From Candidatus Thorarchaeota archaeon (GTDB lineage: Archaea > Asgardarchaeota > Heimdallarchaeia > Hodarchaeales > Hodarchaeaceae): a stretch of DNA of 32,000 nt. Position 1 is the stretch's first letter; every line of letters starts with the position of its first letter. The DNA is taken from assembly GCA_048882505.1 (NCBI GenBank), contig JBHLRO010000002.1, positions 60,001-92,000 on the forward strand. Direction: 5' to 3'. A program made the translations under genes and the position numbers. Shown here in pieces: positions 1 to 7,596 of the stretch. The notes beneath the pieces are model-generated. The model was not told where the DNA came from. It saw only the letters and a program-made list of their open reading frames with translations, and did not search any database.

Positions 1-2
1 CC

Positions 3-686
3 ATTATTGGAAAAACGCCAGAGTATGGATATCATCTTTCAAAAAATCGGCAGCCCGAAGTGAAAGTAGATGTCACGGCCAAACTGCGTGGGACACACCA
101 ATTTGGTGCTCTGGGTAAAGAATTAGGTGATAAACTAGGAAACAAACTGGCCTATATTACGGGGATCCCAGAAGCATCTGTTGAAGAACTAAAAGCGCTT
201 TGTGCGTCTTATGCCACGTATGGAGGTATAGGAATGTTTCACATGGAAAATATCACACCTAATCCTGTTCACAAAATCCCAGAAGAAACGTTCACGGTTC
301 AGGCCGAAGACATTACACAAGTTCTCCAGGAGTTGAGACAGGCAACAACCATCGATTTCATAAGCATTGGTTGCCCCCACGCGTCATTAGCCGAGCTAGA
401 GAACGTAGCCAAAAAACTCAATGGAAAAACAGTTCGGAAAGCAATGTGGATTACTACCTCTCGGCCTATCAAAGAAATTGCAGATCGCATGGGCTATACC
501 CAGATGATTGAGAATTCTGGGGCCATTGTTGCGGCCGATACATGCTGTGTGGTGGCTCCCATTAAAGGCCGATTCGTCGGGTTGGCTACCGATTCAGCGA
601 AAGGATGTTATTATGGAGCGGGTCGCAATCAGTTTGAAGTTTCAATCATGAGCGTAGATGAATTGATCGAAGAGGCACTTAAATGA
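3..686 (+). CDS. Phosphomevalonate dehydratase large subunit (aconitase X catalytic subunit, DUF521); 5' end lies outside the window
   Basis: Frame is open from position 3 (IIGKTPEYGYHLSKNRQPEVKVD...). Contains GIGMFHMENITP, SIGCPHAS and DTCCVV, the AcnX Fe-S ligand motifs. Overlaps the small-subunit gene (ATGA-type coupling). Confidence 0.9.
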   Translation: MIGKTPEYGYHLSKNRQPEVKVDVTAKLRGTHQFGALGKELGDKLGNKLAYITGIPEASVEELKALCASYATYGGIGMFHMENITPNPVHKIPEETFTVQAEDITQVLQELRQATTIDFISIGCPHASLAELENVAKKLNGKTVRKAMWITTSRPIKEIADRMGYTQMIENSGAIVAADTCCVVAPIKGRFVGLATDSAKGCYYGAGRNQFEVSIMSVDELIEEALK

Positions 687-1075
687 AGGAATTGGTCGGT
701 AGACGTATCTACAAGGGAAAGGCAGAGGGAGAGGCACTAGTTACCAGGCAAGCCATTTCGTTTTATGGAGGAGTCGATCCTGAAAAAGGGATGATTGTTG
801 AACGGGGCCACGAGCTAGAAGGGCAGCACATTACCAACAAGATCCTGGTATTTCCCCGTGGAAAGGGTTCTACAGTTGGCTCATATATCTTATACCATCT
901 GAGTAAAGTAGGGAATGCTCCAAAGGCCCTCATCCTTACTGAATGCGAAGCGATCGTAGCTGTTGGTTGCATTATTGGCGAAATCCCTTGTGTCGATCAC
1001 ATTGATATCCAACAGATTCATACTGGGACCGATGTACGAGTAAATGCTACTCAGGGTATCATCGAGGTAATGTAA
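683..1075 (+). CDS. Phosphomevalonate dehydratase small subunit (AcnX swiveling domain, DUF126)
   Basis: ISFYGGVDP..G, HELEGQ and FPRGKGSTVGSY motifs; adjacent to the large subunit. Confidence 0.93.
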   Translation: MKELVGRRIYKGKAEGEALVTRQAISFYGGVDPEKGMIVERGHELEGQHITNKILVFPRGKGSTVGSYILYHLSKVGNAPKALILTECEAIVAVGCIIGEIPCVDHIDIQQIHTGTDVRVNATQGIIEVM

Positions 1076-1090
1076 GTACTTCATTGCGTC

Positions 1091-1675
1091 ATGGTGGAAT
1101 TGTTGGAATCAAAGCGAATAACAGTAGCATTGACTGGGGCATCAGGGGCCATTTATGGGGTTGAACTTGTAAAAGCGTTGGTTCAAAGTGGGATTGAGAC
1201 TTACGTGATCCTTAGCGAGTGGGCGGAGTATGTTTTGAAAGAAGAAACAAACACTAGCTTGGATCAGCTTAGGAATTTAACAGATCGTGTATATTCAAAC
1301 CGTGATATGGCTTCTCCCTTAGCCAGCAGCTCTACTCTGATCGATGGGATGGTGGTGATGCCTGCCACAGTCAAAACTGTGTCAAATATCGCTAACGCAA
1401 CAACAGGTGATTTAATTTCGAGAGCAGCCGATATTATGCTCAAAATGCAGCGTCCCCTTATTATTGGGATCAGGGAGACGCCCTTAAGCCCTCCTTGCCT
1501 TCATAACCTTGCCCAGCTTTCAACCTATGGTGTGGTAATAATGCCCTTGAGTCCGGGTTTTTACCATTACCCGAAAATAATACAGGACCTCGTAGATTTT
1601 ATTATTGGAAAAACTTTGGATATTCTTAGAATTCCAAATGAAAAATATCGGCGGTGGAAATCACAGGAATCTTGA
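1091..1675 (+). CDS. ubiX: Flavin prenyltransferase UbiX (prFMN synthase)
   Basis: TGASGAIYG, ASPLASSS, RAAD, RETPL and PGFYHYP motifs. Confidence 0.95.
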   Translation: MVELLESKRITVALTGASGAIYGVELVKALVQSGIETYVILSEWAEYVLKEETNTSLDQLRNLTDRVYSNRDMASPLASSSTLIDGMVVMPATVKTVSNIANATTGDLISRAADIMLKMQRPLIIGIRETPLSPPCLHNLAQLSTYGVVIMPLSPGFYHYPKIIQDLVDFIIGKTLDILRIPNEKYRRWKSQES

Positions 1676-1680
1676 GTACC

Positions 1681-2814
1681 ATGGAAGTAGACTACAACTC
1701 GGCCATTGAAGACCATTTGAAAAAAAACAACGTGACATCCGACCGTAAATTAGCACATCTCCAGATTTGTTTGGAACATGATGTGCAGGCTCGGAATGTC
1801 ACGACAGGTTTAGAAGACATCACTCTCATTCATCGGGCCACTACTGACCTCAACCTTGATGAAATCGACCTAGAAACCAAGATATTTGGGAAAAAACTGG
1901 CTTTACCTCTAATTTGTTCGGGAATGACTGGCGGTCACGATTTTGCAAAGAAACTGAATTTGTTTTTATCTCAGGCTGCCCACCAAACACGAATCGGTAT
2001 GGGGGTTGGTAGTCAACGCGCGGCGTTGGAAAAGGCAGATGTTCGAGATTCTTTTGTTGTGGTTCGAGAACAAGCACCTGAAGCCCTAGTCATAGGAAAC
2101 ATTGGGGCAGGCCAGGTTGCGCTGGGTCTAACTGAAGATGAATTCAACAGGATCATTTCCATGGTTCGCGCCACCGCGATTGCCATCCATTTCAATCCCT
2201 TACAAGAAGCCCTCCAACTCGAGGGTGATACTCACCTAGCTAATCTGCATGATAAAGTTGCAAAACTTGTCAAACAAAGCTCTGTTCCTGTAATAGCCAA
2301 AGAGGTGGGAGGAGGATTCAGTCTAAGTGATATTCTTAAAATAAAGAGCATGGGTTTTCAGGCCATTGATATTCAAGGCGTGGGAGGAACTTCATGGCCT
2401 GGAGTGGAATCCATTCGTACTACATCTCCGACCTTGAAAGCTGCAGGAGAGATCTTTTGGGATTGGGGTGTTCCTACCGTTCTGAGTACTATTCTCGCAG
2501 CCAATCATTTTGACGGAATCATCATTGGGTCAGGTGGGGTTCGTAATGGGCTGGATGTAGCGAAATTGCTTGCCTTAGGAGCGGATGCCGCGGGTATGGC
2601 AATTCCATTCTTATTTGCTACCCAACAGCAATCTAGTGAAGCTGTAGTCAATTTCATAATGGATATCGCCTTTCAGCTCCGTCTGGCTTGTTATCTTACC
2701 GGCAGCCAAAACCTCGAAGAATTGAAAACGACTCCTCTTCTTATTTCAGGTGAAACGGCCGAAACTCTTATAAAATATGGGATCGATCCCAAAACTTACC
2801 TTCATCGCCTATAG
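1681..2814 (+). CDS. fni: Type 2 isopentenyl-diphosphate delta-isomerase
   Basis: RKLAH, MTGG, GVGSQR, GNIG, HFNPLQE...EGD, KEVGGG, GGTSW and SGGVRNGLD motifs. ATG 1681 chosen over the ORF-track start at 1654, which overlaps ubiX. Confidence 0.97.
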   Translation: MEVDYNSAIEDHLKKNNVTSDRKLAHLQICLEHDVQARNVTTGLEDITLIHRATTDLNLDEIDLETKIFGKKLALPLICSGMTGGHDFAKKLNLFLSQAAHQTRIGMGVGSQRAALEKADVRDSFVVVREQAPEALVIGNIGAGQVALGLTEDEFNRIISMVRATAIAIHFNPLQEALQLEGDTHLANLHDKVAKLVKQSSVPVIAKEVGGGFSLSDILKIKSMGFQAIDIQGVGGTSWPGVESIRTTSPTLKAAGEIFWDWGVPTVLSTILAANHFDGIIIGSGGVRNGLDVAKLLALGADAAGMAIPFLFATQQQSSEAVVNFIMDIAFQLRLACYLTGSQNLEELKTTPLLISGETAETLIKYGIDPKTYLHRL

Positions 2815-2952
2815 AGTAACTATCAGGATCTTTATCTCGTGACCGTTCTTCAGATATACATCAATGTCAGGTTTTTCTGTTCTCTCAATTTTTCCTTATA
2901 TAAACTGGTGAGAATTGGAATCCATGATAATCCTCTTTTAAAATCCTATTGT

Positions 2953-3200
2953 TTATGATGCGGTTGGTCTGACAGTATAGTAGATTAACCCAAGGATAAA
3001 ACACAGCACACAAACAGCTATTCCATCTAGGATTAATTGTCCCCCCTAAGATCGATATCGGAATTAGAATGAACCCTGAAAGAAGAGACGTAAGCAAAAT
3101 TTTTTCTGCTAATAGGGCTTTTGATGAAATTTTGAAATGTTCGAGAAAAATCCTTGATTCTTTAACCCAAGGAAAGAGAGTGACAATGCCGATGGTGAGA
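2953..3200 (-). pseudogene. 3' fragment of a diverged copy of the ABC permease at 7709-9133
   Basis: Aligns to 7709-7958 (LTIGIVTLFPWVKESRIF...YYTVRPTAS* vs LTIVIITLFLWVKESKVF...YYTMKPTVA*), about 45/82 aa identical by eye, with a 2-nt deletion near 3042. Cut sharply at 3200. Confidence 0.9.
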
Positions 3201-3240
3201 CTTCTCATTTCTGGCGAAACTGCCGATACTCTCACAAAAT
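3201..3240 (+). repeat. Second, truncated copy of the fni 3' end (LLISGETADTLTK*)
   Basis: 33/40 nt identical to 2737-2776; 6 of the 7 differences are at third codon positions. Confidence 0.85.
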
Positions 3241-3336
3241 AAAAACTAATAATATATTACTGGATCTGACGGTAGCAGATTCTCATCTTATCCTTCCTTT
3301 GGACCATTATCGTCAAGATCACGCAGAAACGCACAT

Positions 3337-3522
3337 CTATGGAGCACCATTGTAGATAATAATAGCAGCTGTTAAAAAGAAAAGCAACACGCCACTAGCC
3401 TTGATTACAAAGATAGATGAAATCAAAGCAGCTCCTGCGAGAACCCATTCGATGGGCTTGAGTACTTGTGAAAATTAGACACGTAGTTCTGATAATTCTT
3501 CAAAAATTGAATGCGTACGCAT
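3337..3522 (-). pseudogene. Possible remnant of a small membrane protein
   Basis: MRTHSIFEELSELRV*FSQVLKPIEWVLAGAALISSIFVIKASGVLLFFLTAAIIIYNGAP*: hydrophobic, with an in-frame TAA at 3475-3477. No family recognised. Confidence 0.3.
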
Positions 3523-3591
3523 TTGTTGGTGGAGTTCTTCCTTAAGCTAAGTTTTTGGTATTCTTGCTATGAATTCCTATAACTCTCACGT

Positions 3592-4125
3592 TCACATTTC
3601 GATAACCGTTGTATTCCGCTCCCATCGCCGTAAGCCCGAAGGGCCCTCTGCCATTACACCAACATAGATTGAGATAGAGGGGTGCAACTGGTAAGAGACC
3701 TGAAATCTAATAGTGACTTCATCGTCTATAGCTAGGTTTAGATTCCCCTTATCAATTGTTACTTGAGAGACTTTCTGAATCTCCCCCAAGGTTTGATTAA
3801 ATACGAGGGAACCATTTTCAGCAGTCGTGAATTCCATTAGATCGCCATGATTTTGGATCAACCATAGGTAAACGAATTGGATTTGATATTGATCCCCTGA
3901 TGGCCTGGGATACCCCCCATAACTTAAGAAATAGGAGCGTGCTGTGAAATGCACCGTTCCATTTATATAAACCGCTTCATTTTCGATCCTAATTCCTTGA
4001 TCCGCATGAGGAAGAAGGCTAGTTCTATTTTGGGGGCGAACAAACCCAATTACTAATATTCCTATACCTATCAAGACAAGGATTATAATAAAGCCGAGGA
4101 GAATCCTTTTGTGCTGGACTCTTAT
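3592..4125 (-). CDS. Membrane-anchored, probably N-glycosylated surface protein of unknown function (canonical start missing)
   Basis: Frame extends 17 codons upstream of the ORF-track TTG start to an ATA (IRVQHKRILLGFIIILVLIGIGILVIGF = basic residues plus a signal anchor). Five N-X-S/T sequons (NRT, NGT, NGS, NQT, NTT). Confidence 0.6.
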   Translation of the reverse strand: MRVQHKRILLGFIIILVLIGIGILVIGFVRPQNRTSLLPHADQGIRIENEAVYINGTVHFTARSYFLSYGGYPRPSGDQYQIQFVYLWLIQNHGDLMEFTTAENGSLVFNQTLGEIQKVSQVTIDKGNLNLAIDDEVTIRFQVSYQLHPSISIYVGVMAEGPSGLRRWERNTTVIEM

Positions 4126-4157
4126 CTACTCCTATGATTTGTTATTAGATTCTTTTG

Positions 4158-4868
4158 TCATAATAACCCGCCTGTGGGGATCTGTGAGACTTTAATGTTG
4201 TCCCAATAAGCATAGCCATAGTTGCCCGAAGACCAACCACCACGAAAACCTATTGCTATGGGGCCACTCATGTAACTATAACCATAAGCGAATGGGCCTC
4301 CCAATGTGATCAAAGGCGAAGTATATTGTGAGTATTCTGCTTTTCGTGACACGTACATCCCTAAATACCAGGAATAGTAATAGATATAGGTAAAAATCTC
4401 TATTTCTACTTGCTGCCAGTCGTAACACCACCAACCGGTATGACTATAAACATTCTCTTCGTAAAGCTTTGTTGTTGTACCCTGATACCTCCGATAAACC
4501 TGTAAATACTTATAATAGAGTCTTACCTGGATGTAGTTATTACTATCCTGTAACACAGGATAGAAATCATGATATGCATACGTATATGAATTTGAGCGTC
4601 GAGTATAATAGGAATAGTACCTACCGTATCCGTTGTCGCTTTTGACTGGTTGATTTCCAATCGCATTCCAGTAATAAAGGACTTGCTTGTCCCCTGACGT
4701 ATCTTGCATATATAGTCTGCCGCGATCGGTTCCAGATGGATATGGGGACGGGCCTGTATGGGAAACAACATCGAATCTTGGCGATGATGCCTGTGTTAAA
4801 TAATGGAGGGACCACCCATTGACATTATTATCTTCAAAATCATCTTCCGTAGCATAGGAAATTGCTTC
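4158..4868 (-). pseudogene. C-terminal Tyr-rich beta-sandwich (ConA/LamG/DUF1080-like) part of the S8 protein, in frame after a single TAG
   Basis: Reads EAISYATEDDFEDNNVNGWS...GRLYMQDTSGDKQ... with no stop and joins ORF 4158-4709, ending GPIAIGF...YAYWDNIKV. DDFE...GW and W-DNI-V are typical borders of this fold (fold call is inference). Confidence 0.7.
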
Positions 4869-6167
4869 CTATGCATCCGTAATACCATGACCATAATAAT
4901 TATTCTGTCTAGAATACGTTGCATCGTAGTCGTAACTGGATGTGTCCTGACCACCAGGGTCACAATGGTATTTAATCAAATCTACTACGGTAGATCTAGA
5001 GGGTTTAGAGCCTCTAATGTTCTTTAACGTTTGGTAAACTTGCGCAGCTTGACCGGCAACTATTGGCGTGGAAAAACTAGTTCCTGATTTATCAGAATAC
5101 CCCCCGCCTTCTGATGGAGTATAAACTGGGTTTCCTGGAGAGGTAACGTCAAGATCGGGACCATATCCCGACCAACTAGGTCTTATACCTTCATCTGGTT
5201 CGTCACGGGTATTTACCGCTCCAACTGACATTACATTACTCAATTTTGCTGGATAATATATGATAGGACCCCCATCGTTCCCTGATCCTGCAATGAAGAC
5301 CGTTGTTCCATCGGCGAGTAAATCGTTTATGGGATCATCCCATCCAGAATAATGAGAAGGTTCACCCCAAGAAGCACTGATTATATCAGGATCGTGTCCC
5401 CAGGCATGTAACAATTCAAGCCCCCAAGCACTTGCCACCTCATCTATAGTGGTTCCAAAATCATTGAAATCGACCCATACTAAGTCAACGTAAGGAGCCA
5501 TCTTCAATAATGCCCCTGTTACTGGTGTTCCATGATTACTCCCATCATAGATACCGACCTTAAAATCCGGATCGTGTGAATAATCACTATATGTGGTCCA
5601 TTCACTTTCTGTGTTGATGTAGGTATTGGATGCTTCATAAGCATATTGCCAGTAACCAAATGGCCAGATTCCAACATAGTACTTATACCAATTAATGTCA
5701 ATGTACCACATATGACGCAAGGTCTCATCAGGTTTTCGTTTTATATCGTCGTGTGGGTAAACTCCACATCCTGTGAGGGCCACCGTTACACCTTCTCCAT
5801 AACGAGGCATGCTTATCATATCTAACCAATTTTGACTTCGATCATAATTAACCATTTGGTATGCCTTGACTCCTGAACTCATTAACTGTATTTTTGACTC
5901 ATTTCCTTCATTATCCTTCCTAACCACTATTTTTGCATAACTCTGATTTATTTCCGATGAGATTATTTTTGCCCGAGAAAATCTATTCGGATCTTTTGCA
6001 AGAACAGATTCAAAATCAGAACTGTTTCCAGAAAGAAGTGTTGTTGAAGCGTTATTCTCAAATGAAATGTCATTCTTACTCACATAAGGTGTTTCCAAGT
6101 AAGATGCCGCAATACTTATTTGGAAAAGCAGGATAAGAATGCACCCTACTATGGGTTTCCGATTCAT
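4869..6167 (-). CDS. Secreted subtilisin-like (S8) protease domain, ending at an in-frame TAG; catalytic Asp position is Gly
   Basis: Signal peptide MNRKPIVGCILILLFQISIAAS (ATG 6167); His motif NHGTPVTG, oxyanion GSGNDG, Ser motif SGTSFSTPIVAG, and C-terminal YGHGITDA. Confidence 0.88.
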   Translation of the reverse strand: MNRKPIVGCILILLFQISIAASYLETPYVSKNDISFENNASTTLLSGNSSDFESVLAKDPNRFSRAKIISSEINQSYAKIVVRKDNEGNESKIQLMSSGVKAYQMVNYDRSQNWLDMISMPRYGEGVTVALTGCGVYPHDDIKRKPDETLRHMWYIDINWYKYYVGIWPFGYWQYAYEASNTYINTESEWTTYSDYSHDPDFKVGIYDGSNHGTPVTGALLKMAPYVDLVWVDFNDFGTTIDEVASAWGLELLHAWGHDPDIISASWGEPSHYSGWDDPINDLLADGTTVFIAGSGNDGGPIIYYPAKLSNVMSVGAVNTRDEPDEGIRPSWSGYGPDLDVTSPGNPVYTPSEGGGYSDKSGTSFSTPIVAGQAAQVYQTLKNIRGSKPSRSTVVDLIKYHCDPGGQDTSSYDYDATYSRQNNYYGHGITDA

Positions 6168-6531
6168 TCGTTTATTGAAAAATCCTCCATTCTGGCTCCC
6201 ACAAATAATATGGAACTCTTTCTTCATTCAGTTACCTCCTTTAACCCTGTTGAATTGGCTTACTAAAGGACAAGACGTTGGCCTGATCGAGGAATCGTAT
6301 TTCTTAACCCAAATGAGTAGATTCAGGTATTAAAGGCATTGTAAGCGATTTTAGAACGTGAGATGCTTCGTAAGGACATTCAATGTTGATAAAATTCTAA
6401 AATCTCACGTTATCAAGAAACATTTCTCAAAGTATGTGATCGATCTAATTGCTGCGAATATGGTAGGAACAATAGTTGTATCTTAAGATGGTGAGATTTT
6501 TATACCCTAATTCCCTAAACGTCTTGAAGAT

Positions 6532-6798
6532 ATGAAAGGAATTAAAGTATACATTGACCCAAAGATTGAAGAAGAATTTCGAAAAACAGCAATGAAAATA
6601 TTTGGTTATGGAAAAGGATCTTTGAGTAAAGCAGCGGAGCAAGCCTTCAAGAAATGGATTCAAGAATATTCGAGTAACTTGGAAACATTAAGCATTCCAG
6701 ATGATCCAATTTATGAAATCAGAGGACAACTAGAAGGGATAACTCTCACATCTGTAGAACTCCAACATAAAGCAAAGGAATATCGTGTCGGAAAATAG
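6532..6798 (+). CDS. vapB: Antitoxin, CopG/ribbon-helix-helix-like (VapB type)
   Basis: 88 aa with an N-terminal beta-helix-helix pattern (IKVYIDPKIEEEFRKTA...SLSKAAEQAFKKW); directly upstream of a PIN gene. Confidence 0.75.
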   Translation: MKGIKVYIDPKIEEEFRKTAMKIFGYGKGSLSKAAEQAFKKWIQEYSSNLETLSIPDDPIYEIRGQLEGITLTSVELQHKAKEYRVGK

Positions 6799-6817
6799 TA
6801 GGTTGTCGGGAGTAATT

Positions 6818-7219
6818 ATGTTAATTGATGCAAACATATTCTTGGAAGTACAACTCAATCAAGAAAAAGCACAAGAAGCATCGGAAATATTAGAAGCAGT
6901 TTCTAATAATATCATCCAAGGGTATATCACTGATTTTACAATTGATTCAATTGTAATCATTATGGAACATTATAACAAATCACCAGCTGAAATAAAACGA
7001 TTCCTTGTCTCCTTACTTGCTTATGAAGCTCTAGATTTCTATCAGCTATCTATTTTCGACAAAATTAAGGCAACCGAGTATATGAGCTCAATACCGCTTG
7101 ATTTTGATGATGCCTGCATGTATCAAGCCATGCAGGTACTGAAAATCGATATACTTGCTTCCTTCGATAATGATTTTGATAGAATTCCTAATATAAGACG
7201 GTTAGAATCAGTGCCATGA
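6818..7219 (+). CDS. vapC: PIN-domain ribonuclease toxin
   Basis: MLIDANIFLE, LDFDDA and SFDNDFD acidic PIN motifs; intact frame. Confidence 0.9.
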   Translation: MLIDANIFLEVQLNQEKAQEASEILEAVSNNIIQGYITDFTIDSIVIIMEHYNKSPAEIKRFLVSLLAYEALDFYQLSIFDKIKATEYMSSIPLDFDDACMYQAMQVLKIDILASFDNDFDRIPNIRRLESVP

Positions 7220-7257
7220 TTTCTATCCACTACTTCTCTACTTCGTCAAAGGGTGAT

Positions 7258-7477
7258 ATTACAAGGTAATTCTTGAAAAGGAGCCGACGGGAGGATATAT
7301 CGCGATCTGCCCCTCATTTCAAGGGTGTTATAGTCAAGGAGAGATTATTGAGGACGCGTTAGATAACATTAAAGAAGCCATCGAGCTTTGTATTGTGGAT
7401 CTAAAAGTCAGGGGGTACCTATCCCCGATTCTAACCACTTTTTTGTGGGGAGTGTGGTCATTCTTCATGAATCCTAA
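7258..7477 (+). pseudogene. hicB: HicB-family antitoxin pseudogene (start codon lost, frameshift)
   Basis: YKVILEKEPTGGYIAICPSFQGCYSQGEIIEDALDNIKEAIELC is canonical HicB. GGTGAT-AT-TAC suggests a 1-nt loss from ATG. A frameshift in the G5 run at 7411-7415 restores RGVPIPDSNHFFVGSVVILHES*. Missed by the ORF track. Confidence 0.88.
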
Positions 7478-7596
7478 GCTTCTCGAATTTCGGGAAAAAA
7501 CACAATAACAGCTTTTGTAAAGCTAGGATATTTTTCCATCAGACAACGAGGGAGCCATGTTAGGTTACGACATCCAACAGATTCAGCAAGAAGACC
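7467..7596 (+). pseudogene. hicA: HicA-family mRNA interferase pseudogene (frameshifted, 3'-truncated)
   Basis: MNPKLLE/SGKNTITAFVKLGYFSIRQRGSHVRLRHP carries the GSH motif. Frameshift near 7487; cut off exactly where the fni copy at 7597 begins. Confidence 0.85.

Larger units (their letters stand above)
2737..7596. mobile_element. Degenerate integrative element or island remnant inserted in the 3' end of fni
   Basis: Bounded by diverged direct copies of the fni 3' end (2737-2814 and 7597-7674) with a third copy at 3201-3240. Contains toxin-antitoxin modules and several pseudogenes. No integrase is left in the window. Confidence 0.7.

Noticed and set aside
2885-3235. 116-aa minus-strand ORF as a real gene
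   Set aside because: It is a chimera: its first 12 codons are the antisense of the fni copy, the middle is the permease fragment, and the tail is out of frame after a 2-nt deletion.
4869-4871. Genome-wide reassignment of TAG (pyrrolysine code)
   Set aside because: fni, vapB, rps28e, the flavin reductase and ssb end in TAG, and fni and rps28e do so where those families normally end. No pyl genes are in the window. Only site-specific readthrough remains possible.
3241-7596. Integrase or transposase within the island
   Set aside because: No R-H-R-Y, serine-recombinase, DDE or HUH motifs were found in the ORFs or fragments I could read; the recombinase is inferred, not observed.
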